A program made the translations under genes and the position numbers. Of a stretch of DNA of 34,458 bases, positions 16,900 through 26,969 are shown one piece after another. The stretch spans positions 1 to 34,458 of the IMG/VR virus record IMGVR_UViG_3300030372_002192, one strand, 5' to 3'. The notes beneath the pieces were generated by a model that worked only from the letters and a program-made list of their open reading frames with translations, had not been told where the DNA came from and did not search any database. This DNA is from a virus. Lineage: Duplodnaviria > Caudoviricetes. Each line of letters begins with the position of its first letter. Positions within the stretch are counted from its first letter, which is position 1.

Positions 16900-16983
16900 A
16901 AAAACGTCATAGTCTTACTAGTTAAGCAAGTGTCCCAGTGACCAGACTTCGTGTTTCGGTCACGCCTACACGGAGTTATCAAA

Positions 16984-17145
16984 ATGCCAAAATATATCGT
17001 CACTGGTGGAGAAACAGGAGAAGCAAACGTAGAAGTAAATGGAAAAACCTATGCTCCCGGAGATGCAATAGAACTAAAACCTAATGACTGGTTAATAAAA
17101 TCAGGATACGTCAAGGCTGTGAAACCAGCCAAGGGAGATAAGTAA
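16984..17145 (+). CDS. Small virion-module protein (53 aa)
   Basis: GGAG SD before ATG 16984; TAATG coupling downstream. Confidence 0.75.
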   Translation: MPKYIVTGGETGEANVEVNGKTYAPGDAIELKPNDWLIKSGYVKAVKPAKGDK

Positions 17146-17897
17146 TGCCATCATTTATACATGGAAAATCAACAGCCGTTTATATTGATGAGTTTGACCT
17201 AACGTCATATTTTAATGACGCAAGCATTTCGCAAGAAAACGAAGTTGCTGAAACAACGGCTTTCGGCGATACCAACAAAACATATATCACCGGGATTAGG
17301 GCAGGCACAATATCGTTAAGCGGTATGTGGGCATCAGATACTGATGGCTCAGATGAGGAACTTGTTGCGTTGTTAGGCAATGCGACATCCCCGGTATTAA
17401 CGCTGAGGCAAGGAGCCGCCGCTATCGGTGGCGGAGCTGTAGTAGCGCAAGCAAACGAAACTAATTACGCAATTACAAGCCCTGTCGCAGACGTTTCAAC
17501 CGTTACAGCGGATTTTGAATGCACACCAAATCAAGTCTCGAACTTAACATTTGCGTTAGCAAGCGGAGTTCAACTAACCGCAGGGGCAAGCATCGCTCAT
17601 GGCGCACTCGGTAATTTAAGTTCTGTAGATAATTCTGCATCGTCAGCCAACGGTGGTGCGGCAACTCTACACATTCCTACTAATACAGTTAATGGGAATA
17701 CAACAATTAAAGTTCAGCACTCGGCGAATAATACGTCTTGGGCTGACCTTATTTCTTTCACTGTTGTTGGTGCATCAACCAAGACCAGTGAACTCAAAGC
17801 AGTATCCGGAACAGTGAACCGTTACTTACGAGCGACAGCTTCTACTGCCGGGTCTAGTGGCTCCATAACGTTTATGGTAGCCTTCGCAAGATTCTAG
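17145..17897 (+). CDS. Tail-tube-like protein with C-terminal beta domain
   Basis: N-terminal half paralogous to next gene (HGKST, AETTAFG..NK.YI.G). Confidence 0.7.
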   Translation: MPSFIHGKSTAVYIDEFDLTSYFNDASISQENEVAETTAFGDTNKTYITGIRAGTISLSGMWASDTDGSDEELVALLGNATSPVLTLRQGAAAIGGGAVVAQANETNYAITSPVADVSTVTADFECTPNQVSNLTFALASGVQLTAGASIAHGALGNLSSVDNSASSANGGAATLHIPTNTVNGNTTIKVQHSANNTSWADLISFTVVGASTKTSELKAVSGTVNRYLRATASTAGSSGSITFMVAFARF

Positions 17898-17907
17898 GAG
17901 GAATCAA

Positions 17908-18315
17908 ATGCCAACATTTGCACATGGAAAGTCAACAGACTTTGCGATAGACGATACTGGTGGCTCAAGCCGTAACATATCTGATACGCTTACTGACGTT
18001 AGTTTTCCACAAACAATAGATACAGCCGAAACTACAGCTTTCGGTTCGAGTAACAAGTCCTACATCGTAGGTCTAAAAGATACAACAATTAGCGTTTCTG
18101 GAATATGGGATGCAACCGTAGATGGATACATCAGCGGAACTGAACCAGCAAGCCGTTCATTCATTTACGGTCCAGCAGGATCAACTGGAGGCAACGTCAA
18201 ATACACAGGCGAAGCCATAATGACCAACTATAGTGTTTCTAACCCTGTCGGCGATGTAGTAACATTTTCAATGGACCTACAAGTGACTGGTGCGGTTACA
18301 AGAGGCACCTACTAA
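17908..18315 (+). CDS. Major tail (tube) protein
   Basis: Strong SD AGGAGG; precedes chaperones and tape measure; GDVVTFS.DLQVTG. Confidence 0.8.
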   Translation: MPTFAHGKSTDFAIDDTGGSSRNISDTLTDVSFPQTIDTAETTAFGSSNKSYIVGLKDTTISVSGIWDATVDGYISGTEPASRSFIYGPAGSTGGNVKYTGEAIMTNYSVSNPVGDVVTFSMDLQVTGAVTRGTY

Positions 18316-18334
18316 GTTTGCAAAGGAGATTAAG

Positions 18335-18688
18335 GTGGCACGATTAGCAGACAAAATAAGACAATCTGATGACAGATTCATAACCATCGTTGATATCCCA
18401 GAATGGGATGTGAAGGTTGGCGTTAAATCGATGACGGCATTACAGCGAGCAAATATGCAAAACGACTGGAGTGCTGATGAAGATGGTGCGGCAATGAAGT
18501 TATATAAAAACGTTTTACTTCACTGTTGTTATGAACCAGATACCGGGGATGCAGTATTCACGGAAGAAGATTTAGATTGGCTATTCGCTGAAAAATCAGC
18601 ACAATCAGTTGACAAGCTAACTCAGGAATGTTTGAAAGTCTCCGGGTTGGCTAGTGATAGTGTTGATGAAGTGGGAAAAGACTCTTAG
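18335..18688 (+). CDS. Tail assembly chaperone (gpG)
   Basis: AAGGAG then GTG 18335; IPEWDVKV.V pattern; slippery site at 3' end. Confidence 0.85.
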   Translation: MARLADKIRQSDDRFITIVDIPEWDVKVGVKSMTALQRANMQNDWSADEDGAAMKLYKNVLLHCCYEPDTGDAVFTEEDLDWLFAEKSAQSVDKLTQECLKVSGLASDSVDEVGKDS

Positions 18689-18882
18689 GCTTTGATGGGG
18701 GTAATCCTGAATTAAGGTTCTATTTCCACTTAGCGAGAGAGTTAGGAATGACTGTCGGTGAACTATTGGAGCGAATGTCGAGTGATGAAATGACTCACTG
18801 GAGGGCTTTATACCAAATAGAAGCTGACGAAAGAAATAGAGCGAACGAAATGGCTAGGAACAGAAATAGGGGTAGAAAATAA
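18673..18882 (+). CDS. Tail chaperone gpGT extension via programmed -1 frameshift at G GGA AAA (18673-18679)
   Basis: -1 frame reads RLLGFDGGNPELRFYFHLARELGMTVGELLERMSSDEMTHWRALYQIE... to TAA 18882, directly before tape measure. Confidence 0.85.
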   Translation, partial: GKRLLGFDGGNPELRFYFHLARELGMTVGELLERMSSDEMTHWRALYQIEADERNRANEMARNRNRGRK

Positions 18883-21756
18883 ATGGCGGCAATGACCACC
18901 GTATTGAAAGCCCTTATCACGGCTGACGCTACCCAAATGAAAACCCAGTTGAAAGCCGCTGGGAGTTCATTAGATAAATTTTCAGCAAAAGCAACTAAGA
19001 CCGGGAAGGCGCTAACTAAAAATGTTACGTTGCCCTTAGTCGCAGTTGGGGGCATGTCGATTAAAGCCGCTTCAGATTTTGAAGCCAGCATGACTAAAAT
19101 CGAGTCATTAGTTGGTTTATCATCTGAAGCGGTTAAAGGATTTGAGCAAGACGTTCGCCGTTTATCAGGAACTACAGCACAGTCACCAAAAGAATTAGCT
19201 GACGCAATGTTCTTTATTACATCGGCAGGTTTAAGAGGTGCTGATGCAACAGAAACGTTAGAAGCCGCCGCTAAAGCATCCGCAGTCGGATTAGGTGAAA
19301 CAGCTGTAGTCGCAGATCTAGCTACATCCGCATTAAACGCATACGGCGCTGAGAATTTATCAGCTACAAAAGCAACCGATGTCATGGTTGCCGCTGTTAG
19401 GGAAGGAAAGCTGGAAGCATCTGAACTTGCCGGGAGCATGGGGCGTGTTTTGCCTATTGCCTCAGCTATGGGTGTCCAGTTTGATGAAGTCGGTGCGGCG
19501 TTTGCGGCTCTTTCGAGAACAGGAACTAATGCGGCAGAAGCGGCAACACAGGTTCGTGGAATACTATCCTCGCTATTACGCCCATCGGTACAAGCTGAAA
19601 AAGCATTATCAGGTATGGGGCTTTCATCTGCAAACTTACGGAAGCAACTCCGGGAGGAAGGGCTTTTAGCCACACTAAAAACTCTGTCTGAAGAATTTGC
19701 TGGAAATGAAGAAGCGGCGGCACAAGTTTTCGGAAACATTAGAGCCTTGTCAGGTGTTATGGACCTTATGGGAGCAAACGCTAATACTACAGCTCAGATA
19801 TTTGAAAACATGACCGATACTACAGGTGCGCTTGATCAAGCATTTGAAGCAACATCAAACACCTCAGCTTTCAAACTACAACAAGCTATGGCGAACCTAC
19901 AGCAAGCCCTAATCGATATCGGCAATGTTTTAATCCCTATAGTTGTTCCAGTTCTCGAAACATTATCAGAGGTTATTAAAACATTAGCCACTGGCTTCGG
20001 TAACTTACCGGGCCCATTAAAAACCACAGCATCAGCGATGCTCGGTGTATCTGCGGCGGCAGGTCCAATGCTCATGGTCGCTGGGAAACTGACAGGCAAG
20101 GGAGGTCGTGGCGCTCTTGGTGGTTTGTTAAGTGTTGTGAAAGCTCACCCGAAAGCAATGGTAGCTATGGGCGTTGCGGTTGGGGCGACTGCTTTAATTA
20201 TGCGTGGATTCCGTAAGCGAGCGCAGGAAGCCAAAGAGCGCATGAATAATTTGCAGGAAGAATTAATTGCTTCAGGTGACCCAACTGTTACTTTAACTGA
20301 TGACTTCAAAGCATTAGCGGAAGCAATAGGCAAAGTGACAGAGGAAGCCGAAGGGAGTGTTCCCGATGTCAAAAAGTTTACAGGCGAAGCCACATTAACC
20401 GCTGACCTCTTGAAGAAAGGTTTGAACAACGAGTTCGAGGCACTCGGTTTGAATATGGAAGACCTTATGCCGTTACTTGCAACAGGCACTGATTTATTCC
20501 ATGAGTTTGGAGATGAAACGAAAGCGATGGCGAAACGTGGTGATGTTGAAGCGTTTGCCACAGCATTAGAGAACGCTGACGAAAGTATCCGACCTTATAC
20601 AAGTGCGTTAGCTGAAGCAGTAAGGCAAGGAAAACTCACAACAGAGCAGGCTAGAGATCTTCATATTTCGTTAGATGACACCGCTGACGCTTTTGATGAC
20701 GCAAGAAACGCAACAAAGAAATCTGTCAAAGAGTTTCTTGAAGGTGAGGAAGCACTTGGGTTCTTTGAAAACGCTTTCGGTGATCTTGGCGCTCGCATGT
20801 TGGAAACAACTAAAGAATCCGAAGACCAAGTTCGGGCATTGCAAGATATGTATACGATTATGGCGCAGTCTCAGGAAATGGATTTGCTCAACTCTAGCCT
20901 TGAAGACATTGATTTTGGTTTGGGTGAAGTGGAAGAAGCGACACGCTCAGTAGAAAAAGGATTTGTTTTCCTAAGAGAAGACTTGGGACTGACCGCTGAT
21001 GAGATTAAAGAAATCAGAAATCAGTTTGATGAATTAATGGGACAATTTGATGACATAGTTTCAGATTCATTTGATTTAGACCTAGCCTTGCTCAAAGTCA
21101 AAGACATGTTCGTTAATTTAGGCAAAGCCATTGTGGGGCTGAATGATGAGGAGAAAACCCAACTCGAACGGCAAACCGATTTAACACAAGCGTCAAAGAA
21201 TCTAGCTGATTCAATCGTTGATACAATAGAAACGTTTGACGATTTAACTGATCCTGCTTTAGCAACTTTCCTTAAAGATGCGAAAGCTGATTTGGATAAC
21301 CTAAAAGGTGTAATGCCGGATGAGGATTTCCAAAGACTCGTCAATGTGTTATTTGACTTAGAGAACCAAATTGCTGTTCTTAACAATCTAGAACTAATGA
21401 TTGATGCAGGGATTAACTTCTCCGGAGTGCCACCTGAGCTAATGCAACTCATGGCAGGAGCGACACCCACACCAGAATTATTAAGTGCTACTACCGGGCT
21501 GTTTGGATCAATGGCTGGGTTTGCAGGATTCGCTGAGGGAGGATTGGTAAAAGGTCCAATGCTCGGATTGGTGGGCGAGGCAGGACCAGAGTTGATAGTG
21601 CCGTTAGACCGCTTAGGCAGTATGGGCGGAACAACTAACGTAACTATCAACATGCCAGTAGGCGTATCTGGTGAAGACGTTGTTCGAGAACTTGAAAGAT
21701 ACACACGACAAGAAGGCAACCTCCAACTCCCAGTATCTTCAACGGTAAGACGATGA
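18883..21756 (+). CDS. Tape measure protein
   Basis: 957 aa, Ala-rich helical, TP901-like core, C-terminal FAEGG..VGEAGPE motif. Confidence 0.93.
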   Translation: MAAMTTVLKALITADATQMKTQLKAAGSSLDKFSAKATKTGKALTKNVTLPLVAVGGMSIKAASDFEASMTKIESLVGLSSEAVKGFEQDVRRLSGTTAQSPKELADAMFFITSAGLRGADATETLEAAAKASAVGLGETAVVADLATSALNAYGAENLSATKATDVMVAAVREGKLEASELAGSMGRVLPIASAMGVQFDEVGAAFAALSRTGTNAAEAATQVRGILSSLLRPSVQAEKALSGMGLSSANLRKQLREEGLLATLKTLSEEFAGNEEAAAQVFGNIRALSGVMDLMGANANTTAQIFENMTDTTGALDQAFEATSNTSAFKLQQAMANLQQALIDIGNVLIPIVVPVLETLSEVIKTLATGFGNLPGPLKTTASAMLGVSAAAGPMLMVAGKLTGKGGRGALGGLLSVVKAHPKAMVAMGVAVGATALIMRGFRKRAQEAKERMNNLQEELIASGDPTVTLTDDFKALAEAIGKVTEEAEGSVPDVKKFTGEATLTADLLKKGLNNEFEALGLNMEDLMPLLATGTDLFHEFGDETKAMAKRGDVEAFATALENADESIRPYTSALAEAVRQGKLTTEQARDLHISLDDTADAFDDARNATKKSVKEFLEGEEALGFFENAFGDLGARMLETTKESEDQVRALQDMYTIMAQSQEMDLLNSSLEDIDFGLGEVEEATRSVEKGFVFLREDLGLTADEIKEIRNQFDELMGQFDDIVSDSFDLDLALLKVKDMFVNLGKAIVGLNDEEKTQLERQTDLTQASKNLADSIVDTIETFDDLTDPALATFLKDAKADLDNLKGVMPDEDFQRLVNVLFDLENQIAVLNNLELMIDAGINFSGVPPELMQLMAGATPTPELLSATTGLFGSMAGFAGFAEGGLVKGPMLGLVGEAGPELIVPLDRLGSMGGTTNVTINMPVGVSGEDVVRELERYTRQEGNLQLPVSSTVRR

Positions 21757-23126
21757 CCGTAACAACAGCATGGGTCGTGCAAGGCATGACGATAGATAGC
21801 GGAAGCGTAGTTTTTGAAACGTTTACGACACGCACGCAAGGGTTTAAGATACGACAAGAAGCGCAGGTTGGAAGATTTGGAACAAGTCGTGGCACGTTGC
21901 AACTAGATAATCAGGACAACGCTTTAACACCCGGAGGAGGAGGAAGTCTGCAGAATTACGACTGGTTTAATGCTGTATATAAGTTCAAACTTCAAAGTGA
22001 TCTCGGCGGTTCTACTCTTGAAAGTGACGTTTGCTTTATGGTCTGTACTGATATTCGTTTTGATGATGACGGACGACGTTCATATGCGGTCCTTACATTA
22101 GCTGATCCGTTTATCTACGCCGCTAGAGATCAAGTAACAGCAATCAGTTTAAGTAGCCCGGTTTATGATTCCCTAGATGAAATTATGTTAGATATCGTGA
22201 ACGGTTACAGTAGCGGAGGAGACACCATTACGGCTGTAGCTTTCCCACGTTTCGCCGCCGCCGCTGATTCACAAATGACGATCGAACGAGGAAACAACGA
22301 CATAACCGTAGCCGCACCAGCTACAGATAACCAAATAGGTTACACAGGGAAACTCCAAAGCCTTGTAGCAGGTAGCGCTAGGGACTACATAAACAATCAA
22401 GTACTCCCAACAGGACCGGGCATAGCGTTCCCAGCTAACGTCAGCACATCAGGTTCAGGTGCTAGTACCAAATTTGATTTCAATGCTTTCTACATTAATC
22501 GGAAACTGACAAGAGAAACAGTCAGTAGCAATGACAAATTCAAAAAGTTTGTGTTCAACGAAACAGGCTCCTCCGGGGTATATCCGATAATGAGCGCATC
22601 TACTCAGTTCAATAGTTCGCAAGTATCTAATCAATCAACCGTTCAAGATCAAGGTGGGAGCGGAGATGCGGTAATCAGCAACAACACAACAAGCCAGCAG
22701 GGTTTAGGAGTTCGCTCGGTCAATTACAATAATGTTATCCTGCCACAGGCAACTCCTTCGCAAACAGCGAAAACCAATGTGGCGGATTGGTGGACTGAAC
22801 GATACAACACCGTAAGTTTCGTAACGCAACAAATAACGACAACACTCGGCGCAATAGAACCGCATATAGATACTGGCTCGCAGAACACTAACTTTACTGA
22901 TCTCCTCAGCGGTGACGATTGCCTCTGGACCTATGCGGAAGTAACACTTACACCTACCGGAGCTGGGAGTTCAAAAACCTATAAGTGCGTGATCGTAGGT
23001 CGTGAGATAAACGCAACACCACAGAACACTCAGATACGATTCGATTTAGTAAGTGCGATAGATAACCAAAGCCTGAAACTGGATAATACCGACATAGGCA
23101 TCTTGGACACTTTTAGGCTAGGCTAG
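21753..23126 (+). CDS. Minor tail / tail tip protein
   Basis: Directly after tape measure, beta-rich, GTLQLDNQD. Confidence 0.7.
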   Translation: MTVTTAWVVQGMTIDSGSVVFETFTTRTQGFKIRQEAQVGRFGTSRGTLQLDNQDNALTPGGGGSLQNYDWFNAVYKFKLQSDLGGSTLESDVCFMVCTDIRFDDDGRRSYAVLTLADPFIYAARDQVTAISLSSPVYDSLDEIMLDIVNGYSSGGDTITAVAFPRFAAAADSQMTIERGNNDITVAAPATDNQIGYTGKLQSLVAGSARDYINNQVLPTGPGIAFPANVSTSGSGASTKFDFNAFYINRKLTRETVSSNDKFKKFVFNETGSSGVYPIMSASTQFNSSQVSNQSTVQDQGGSGDAVISNNTTSQQGLGVRSVNYNNVILPQATPSQTAKTNVADWWTERYNTVSFVTQQITTTLGAIEPHIDTGSQNTNFTDLLSGDDCLWTYAEVTLTPTGAGSSKTYKCVIVGREINATPQNTQIRFDLVSAIDNQSLKLDNTDIGILDTFRLG

Positions 23127-23130
23127 GGAT

Positions 23131-23973
23131 ATGACTTTCTCATCTGGACAAGTACTTACAGCCGCACAATTAAACGCATTAGATATAACCTCTTTAGTTG
23201 TAGCAACTGGTTCTGAAGGGTCGCCGTCTATTTCTTTTAGTGGGGACAGCAACACTGGATTCTTTCAGGAGGCGGGAGATCAGATTGATGTGGGGAACGG
23301 TGGAGAAAAAAAGTTCTCATTTGACAACTACTACCTTAAATTTTTTGGCAATTCTTCAGGTGCGATCAGGGTAACGCCAAGTTCTGGTAGAGAAATTCTA
23401 GAACTTCGCTCAGGAGGATTTGCGCTTGATACTGGTGCTGGTTACAACTTATACGGAGATGGAGATAGTTCCCTGCCTAACTATCACGTCTGGTTTACCG
23501 GGACAAGTTCAACAAGGATGGCTCTAAGTTCATCAGGACTTGTAGTCGTTGGTTCACTTTCCAAGTCCTCTGGTTCATTCGACATACCGCACCCAACTAA
23601 AGGGGGCAATTGGCGTTTGCGTCACAGCTTTATTGAGGGACCAACATGCGACAACATCTACCGGGGAACCGTAACACTTACAGGTGGCTCCGCAACCGTT
23701 AATTTAGATACAGTTTCAAATATGACAGCAGGAACTTTTGAAGCATTAAACAAGAACCTCTGGTCAATGGTTAGTAGTTCAGGAAATGCTGTAACTTGGT
23801 CACTATCAGGAAAGACACTAACCATTAACGGACCAAGCGGAGCGGAGTGTAACTGGATGGTGATAGGCGAACGCAAAGACCAAGCCATCATCGACAGCGA
23901 CATGACTGATGAAGCAGGCGAACTAATTGTTGAATATGAACGCACAGAGATTGTTGAATCAGATGATGATTGA
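23131..23973 (+). CDS. Tail fibre/spike protein with C-terminal chaperone-like domain
   Basis: FSSGQVLTAAQLN N-terminus; SGSFDIPHP..LRHSFIEGP..NIYRG. Confidence 0.75.
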   Translation: MTFSSGQVLTAAQLNALDITSLVVATGSEGSPSISFSGDSNTGFFQEAGDQIDVGNGGEKKFSFDNYYLKFFGNSSGAIRVTPSSGREILELRSGGFALDTGAGYNLYGDGDSSLPNYHVWFTGTSSTRMALSSSGLVVVGSLSKSSGSFDIPHPTKGGNWRLRHSFIEGPTCDNIYRGTVTLTGGSATVNLDTVSNMTAGTFEALNKNLWSMVSSSGNAVTWSLSGKTLTINGPSGAECNWMVIGERKDQAIIDSDMTDEAGELIVEYERTEIVESDDD

Positions 23974-24094
23974 GATTAACGAAAGGGAGATACTTGACGA
24001 ACTTAATGTTCAGTTTCCGAACGAATTACGAATCGCAATCTTAACTATTCAGAACCGCAAGTTACAGGAACAGCTTAACGAGTTAGAGCAATAA
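23963..24094 (+). CDS. Small coiled-coil protein (43 aa)
   Basis: MMIEINEREILDELNVQFP...; overlaps fibre gene, ends at terminator. Confidence 0.65.
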   Translation: MMIEINEREILDELNVQFPNELRIAILTIQNRKLQEQLNELEQ

Positions 24095-24134
24095 AAAAAT
24101 CCCAAAGTCTCGAAAGATGAGGGATTTAGTTTTT
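24093..24134. terminator. Imperfect terminator hairpin
   Basis: A-tract, AAATCCC...GGGATTT, T-tract. Confidence 0.6.
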
Positions 24135-24139
24135 CTATA

Positions 24140-24224
24140 TATGACGGTGTGGGGCCCGGTATGTAAACTTTAAGAATATATAAATGGGGTTTACTTTAAT
24201 AATGGGATACCGTATGATCAGACT
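24140..24224. promoter_or_regulatory. Class I promoter (plus) with degenerate divergent partner (minus)
   Basis: Plus TTTACT(24190)-17-TATGAT-6-ATG; minus TTTACATACCGGGCCCCACACCG followed by non-consensus TCATAT. Confidence 0.8.
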
Positions 24225-24719
24225 ATGGAGTTAACAAGTAAACCAAAAGGAGGTGAACTACAAATGAGTTCAACAGATTTTCCTACAGCAAAAGAAATAA
24301 TGGAATTTGCTCAAAGACTAAACGGCGTTTCATATAGAGACATTAAAGAAGTTAGTGACTTTGATGATCTGAACAGTGCCGCTAACTTCTTAAAAAGATG
24401 CGCAGGCGGTGTCGAGAAGGCAAGCGCTTCCATCGCATCAGAAGCATGCGATATAGAAAAAGGGCAAACCATTACTTTCAAAAACTGCAAGCCTAAATAC
24501 CTATTAGGTATTCACGCAGTAGTAAAAAATGTAGAAAAGCGTAAAAATGAAACCGTAATTTGGTCAGTCATAGTTGAAGAAACCGGGCAGAGCAAAACTT
24601 ACGGACATGAAGTTGGTTTTGCATTAGCGCAAATATCAAAAGTTACAACCACACACGGTGAAAAACTAGCAAGCGATTTTCTACAAACACCAAACGCCGA
24701 AGCACATAGCTTGGTATAA
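24225..24719 (+). CDS. MELT-leader cassette gene 4 (alternative start 24264)
   Basis: Conserved leader, AGGAGGTG SD, own terminator. Confidence 0.85.
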   Translation: MELTSKPKGGELQMSSTDFPTAKEIMEFAQRLNGVSYRDIKEVSDFDDLNSAANFLKRCAGGVEKASASIASEACDIEKGQTITFKNCKPKYLLGIHAVVKNVEKRKNETVIWSVIVEETGQSKTYGHEVGFALAQISKVTTTHGEKLASDFLQTPNAEAHSLV

Positions 24720-24722
24720 GGG

Positions 24723-24763
24723 AAAAATCCCTCAGTCTAATAAATAGGCTGAGGGATTTTTTT
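24723..24763. terminator. Intrinsic terminator
   Basis: AAAAATCCCTCAGTCTA...TAGGCTGAGGGATTTTTTT. Confidence 0.9.
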
Positions 24764-24783
24764 GTGCCTAATTTCCGGGAGTA

Positions 24784-24818
24784 CTGACAAACATTTCGAG
24801 AACTGCTAATCTAATCGC
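24784..24818 (+). promoter_or_regulatory. Class II promoter of capsid operon, leaderless start
   Basis: CTGACA-17-TAATCT-6-ATG. Confidence 0.75.
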
Positions 24819-25508
24819 ATGTCAAAAATTGGATTTGGGCGCAGAGTTAAAAAATTAACTAACCTGCGATTAAAAGAAATTAGCGGAGTAGACCACCCAG
24901 CCTCATTACATGAAGGTTGGGCAGTTATGAAAAACACCGATAACGAACTAACCAGTGAGTTGGCAGAAATAATTAACAACGAACAAAACTTGGAGAACGA
25001 AGTGGAAACAGAAGTTCAAAAAGAAGAATCAGTAACAGATACTGACGTTGTGGACAATGAAGTTGAATCAACAGACGTTGCGAAAGAACTTGCAGACGTT
25101 CGAAAAGAACTAGCTGACGCAAAAGCTGAAGTTAGCCAACTAAAAGAAGATTCAGCTATGGAAAAAGCACAAACCGATTCGCAGAAGTGGGCTATTGTTC
25201 CGCAACTCGACCCGGTTGAGTTTGCTCCAGTTCTTCGTTCCCTACGTTCATTTGATACTGAGGTTTCAGAACAAATAGAAAACATTTTAGATGCTGTAGC
25301 AGTTGCTTTAGGCGAAGCTGGCATCTTGAAAGAAATTGGCTCAGACGGCTCCCCGGAGCATGAAGATACATACGGACAAATCGAGAGCATTGCGAAATCA
25401 ATGGTTGAAGAAGGAACCGCATCATCTTTAGCTGACGGTATCGCCAAAGTAGCTGTAGCCCAACCAGAACTGTACAGCGCTTATGTAGCTGAACAGAGAG
25501 GAGCCTAA
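24819..25508 (+). CDS. Capsid scaffolding protein
   Basis: L..L...EISGVDHPA N-terminus, acidic coiled coil, EIGS, PELY..Y end; upstream of capsid genes. Confidence 0.75.
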   Translation: MSKIGFGRRVKKLTNLRLKEISGVDHPASLHEGWAVMKNTDNELTSELAEIINNEQNLENEVETEVQKEESVTDTDVVDNEVESTDVAKELADVRKELADAKAEVSQLKEDSAMEKAQTDSQKWAIVPQLDPVEFAPVLRSLRSFDTEVSEQIENILDAVAVALGEAGILKEIGSDGSPEHEDTYGQIESIAKSMVEEGTASSLADGIAKVAVAQPELYSAYVAEQRGA

Positions 25509-25510
25509 TC

Positions 25511-25897
25511 ATGGCATACGAATCACCATGTATAAACATCGGAACATTTACGGCTTCAGCCGATCTGTCCGCCAAGCAATACTATTTTGTAAAAATGTCA
25601 GGCGAAAATACCGTAACAGTTTGCGCCGCAGTAACCGATAAACCAATCGGCGTATTGCAGAACAAACCAGCCTCAGGTGAGCAAGCAATCGTAACAGTCT
25701 TTGGTGTTTCCAAAGTATCTGCTGATGCTACTCTTGCCGCAGGTGATGTTATTGGTACATCCGCTGACGGTCAAGCGCAACCAGTAAGCGCAGGTTCAGA
25801 GACAACAGTTTTCAACTGTGGTCAAGCCCTAACTGCTGGAGCCGCAGGAACCTTGCAATCAGCATTGATAACAATATCAAACAGCCGAGCGGCGTAA
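25511..25897 (+). CDS. Capsid decoration/cement protein (DUF2190-like)
   Basis: ADLSAKQYYFVK...IGVLQNKP..GE...V...G.SKV. Confidence 0.8.
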   Translation: MAYESPCINIGTFTASADLSAKQYYFVKMSGENTVTVCAAVTDKPIGVLQNKPASGEQAIVTVFGVSKVSADATLAAGDVIGTSADGQAQPVSAGSETTVFNCGQALTAGAAGTLQSALITISNSRAA

Positions 25898-25908
25898 GGA
25901 GATAAATT

Positions 25909-26865
25909 ATGCCATCACCAACCACATCAGATGTCCATGTAGATGCGATACTCACCAACATGAGCATTGCGTACATGCAGGATCAAGATCACTTTGTAGC
26001 CGGGAAGGTATTTCCTACAGTCCCTGTTCAAAAACAAAGCGATAAATTTTTTACATACACCCAAGCTGACTTCTTCCGTGATTCTGTCGAATTGCGAGCA
26101 GACGGAACTGAATCAGCAGGAACAGGTTATGGGCTTTCAACCGACACCTACTCAGCTCTTGTCTATGCTTTGCATAAAGACATCGGCGATCAGGTAAGGG
26201 CTAACAGCGATGCTCCGCTTTCACCCGATATGGATGCAACCCGATTCCTAACCCAACAAATGCTCCTACGTCAAGAAATTGACTGGGCAAGCAAATACTT
26301 TGGAACCTCAATTTGGGGAACCGATAGCACACCTTCAACTCTTTGGAGTGCCGCTTCTGGTTCAGACCCAATCGGAGATGTTCAAACAGGAATTAACACT
26401 GTTCTAACAAACACTGGTTACAAGCCAAATACGATGGTTATGTCTTACGCAGTATTTTCAATTTTGAAAAACCATGCAGACATAATCGACAGATACAAAT
26501 ATACAAGTTCCGCATCAATAACTGAGGAGCTACTCGCTTCTGTACTTGGTGTAGATCGTGTGCTTGTAATGGGTGGAATTAAAAACAGCGCAGACGAAGG
26601 CGCAAGCGCATCATACGCACAAATCGGTGATAAAGATGCCCTACTCGCCTATGTAGCACCTAACGCTGGAATCATGGCACCATCCGCTGGCTACAACTTC
26701 TCATGGACAGGGCTAGCCCAGTCTGGTGGGATTGGAACCAACACCGCCATCAGTCGATTCCGCATGGATGCTCACCGAGCAGACAGAATAGAAATTGAAA
26801 GCGCATGGAGTTACAAAGTAATTTCATCAGCACTTGGATATTTCTTTAGCAACTGCGTAGCCTGA
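25909..26865 (+). CDS. Major capsid protein
   Basis: 318 aa; HVDAILTN.SIAY, VFPTVPV.KQSD, KPNTMV. Confidence 0.9.
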   Translation: MPSPTTSDVHVDAILTNMSIAYMQDQDHFVAGKVFPTVPVQKQSDKFFTYTQADFFRDSVELRADGTESAGTGYGLSTDTYSALVYALHKDIGDQVRANSDAPLSPDMDATRFLTQQMLLRQEIDWASKYFGTSIWGTDSTPSTLWSAASGSDPIGDVQTGINTVLTNTGYKPNTMVMSYAVFSILKNHADIIDRYKYTSSASITEELLASVLGVDRVLVMGGIKNSADEGASASYAQIGDKDALLAYVAPNAGIMAPSAGYNFSWTGLAQSGGIGTNTAISRFRMDAHRADRIEIESAWSYKVISSALGYFFSNCVA

Positions 26866-26918
26866 TCTACGATTTAGTAATCAGCTTTTAATAAGCGCCA
26901 CCGCTAAACCGTTAAACC

Positions 26919-26950
26919 TGTAGGGAGGGAGGGCAACCTCTCTCCCTACA
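26919..26950 (+). other. Strong hairpin after major capsid gene, no U-tract
   Basis: TGTAGGGAGGGAGG-GCAA-CCTCTCTCCCTACA. Confidence 0.7.
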
Positions 26951-26969
26951 AAACTATTAAGGAGATAAT

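Noticed and set aside
18795-21902. Long minus-strand ORFs (18795..19739, 20145..20561, 21021..21902)
   Set aside because: Antisense shadows of the tape measure gene with no motifs or expression signals.
26919-26950. Full intrinsic terminator after the capsid gene
   Set aside because: Strong hairpin but no U-tract; more likely a stabiliser or partial attenuator.
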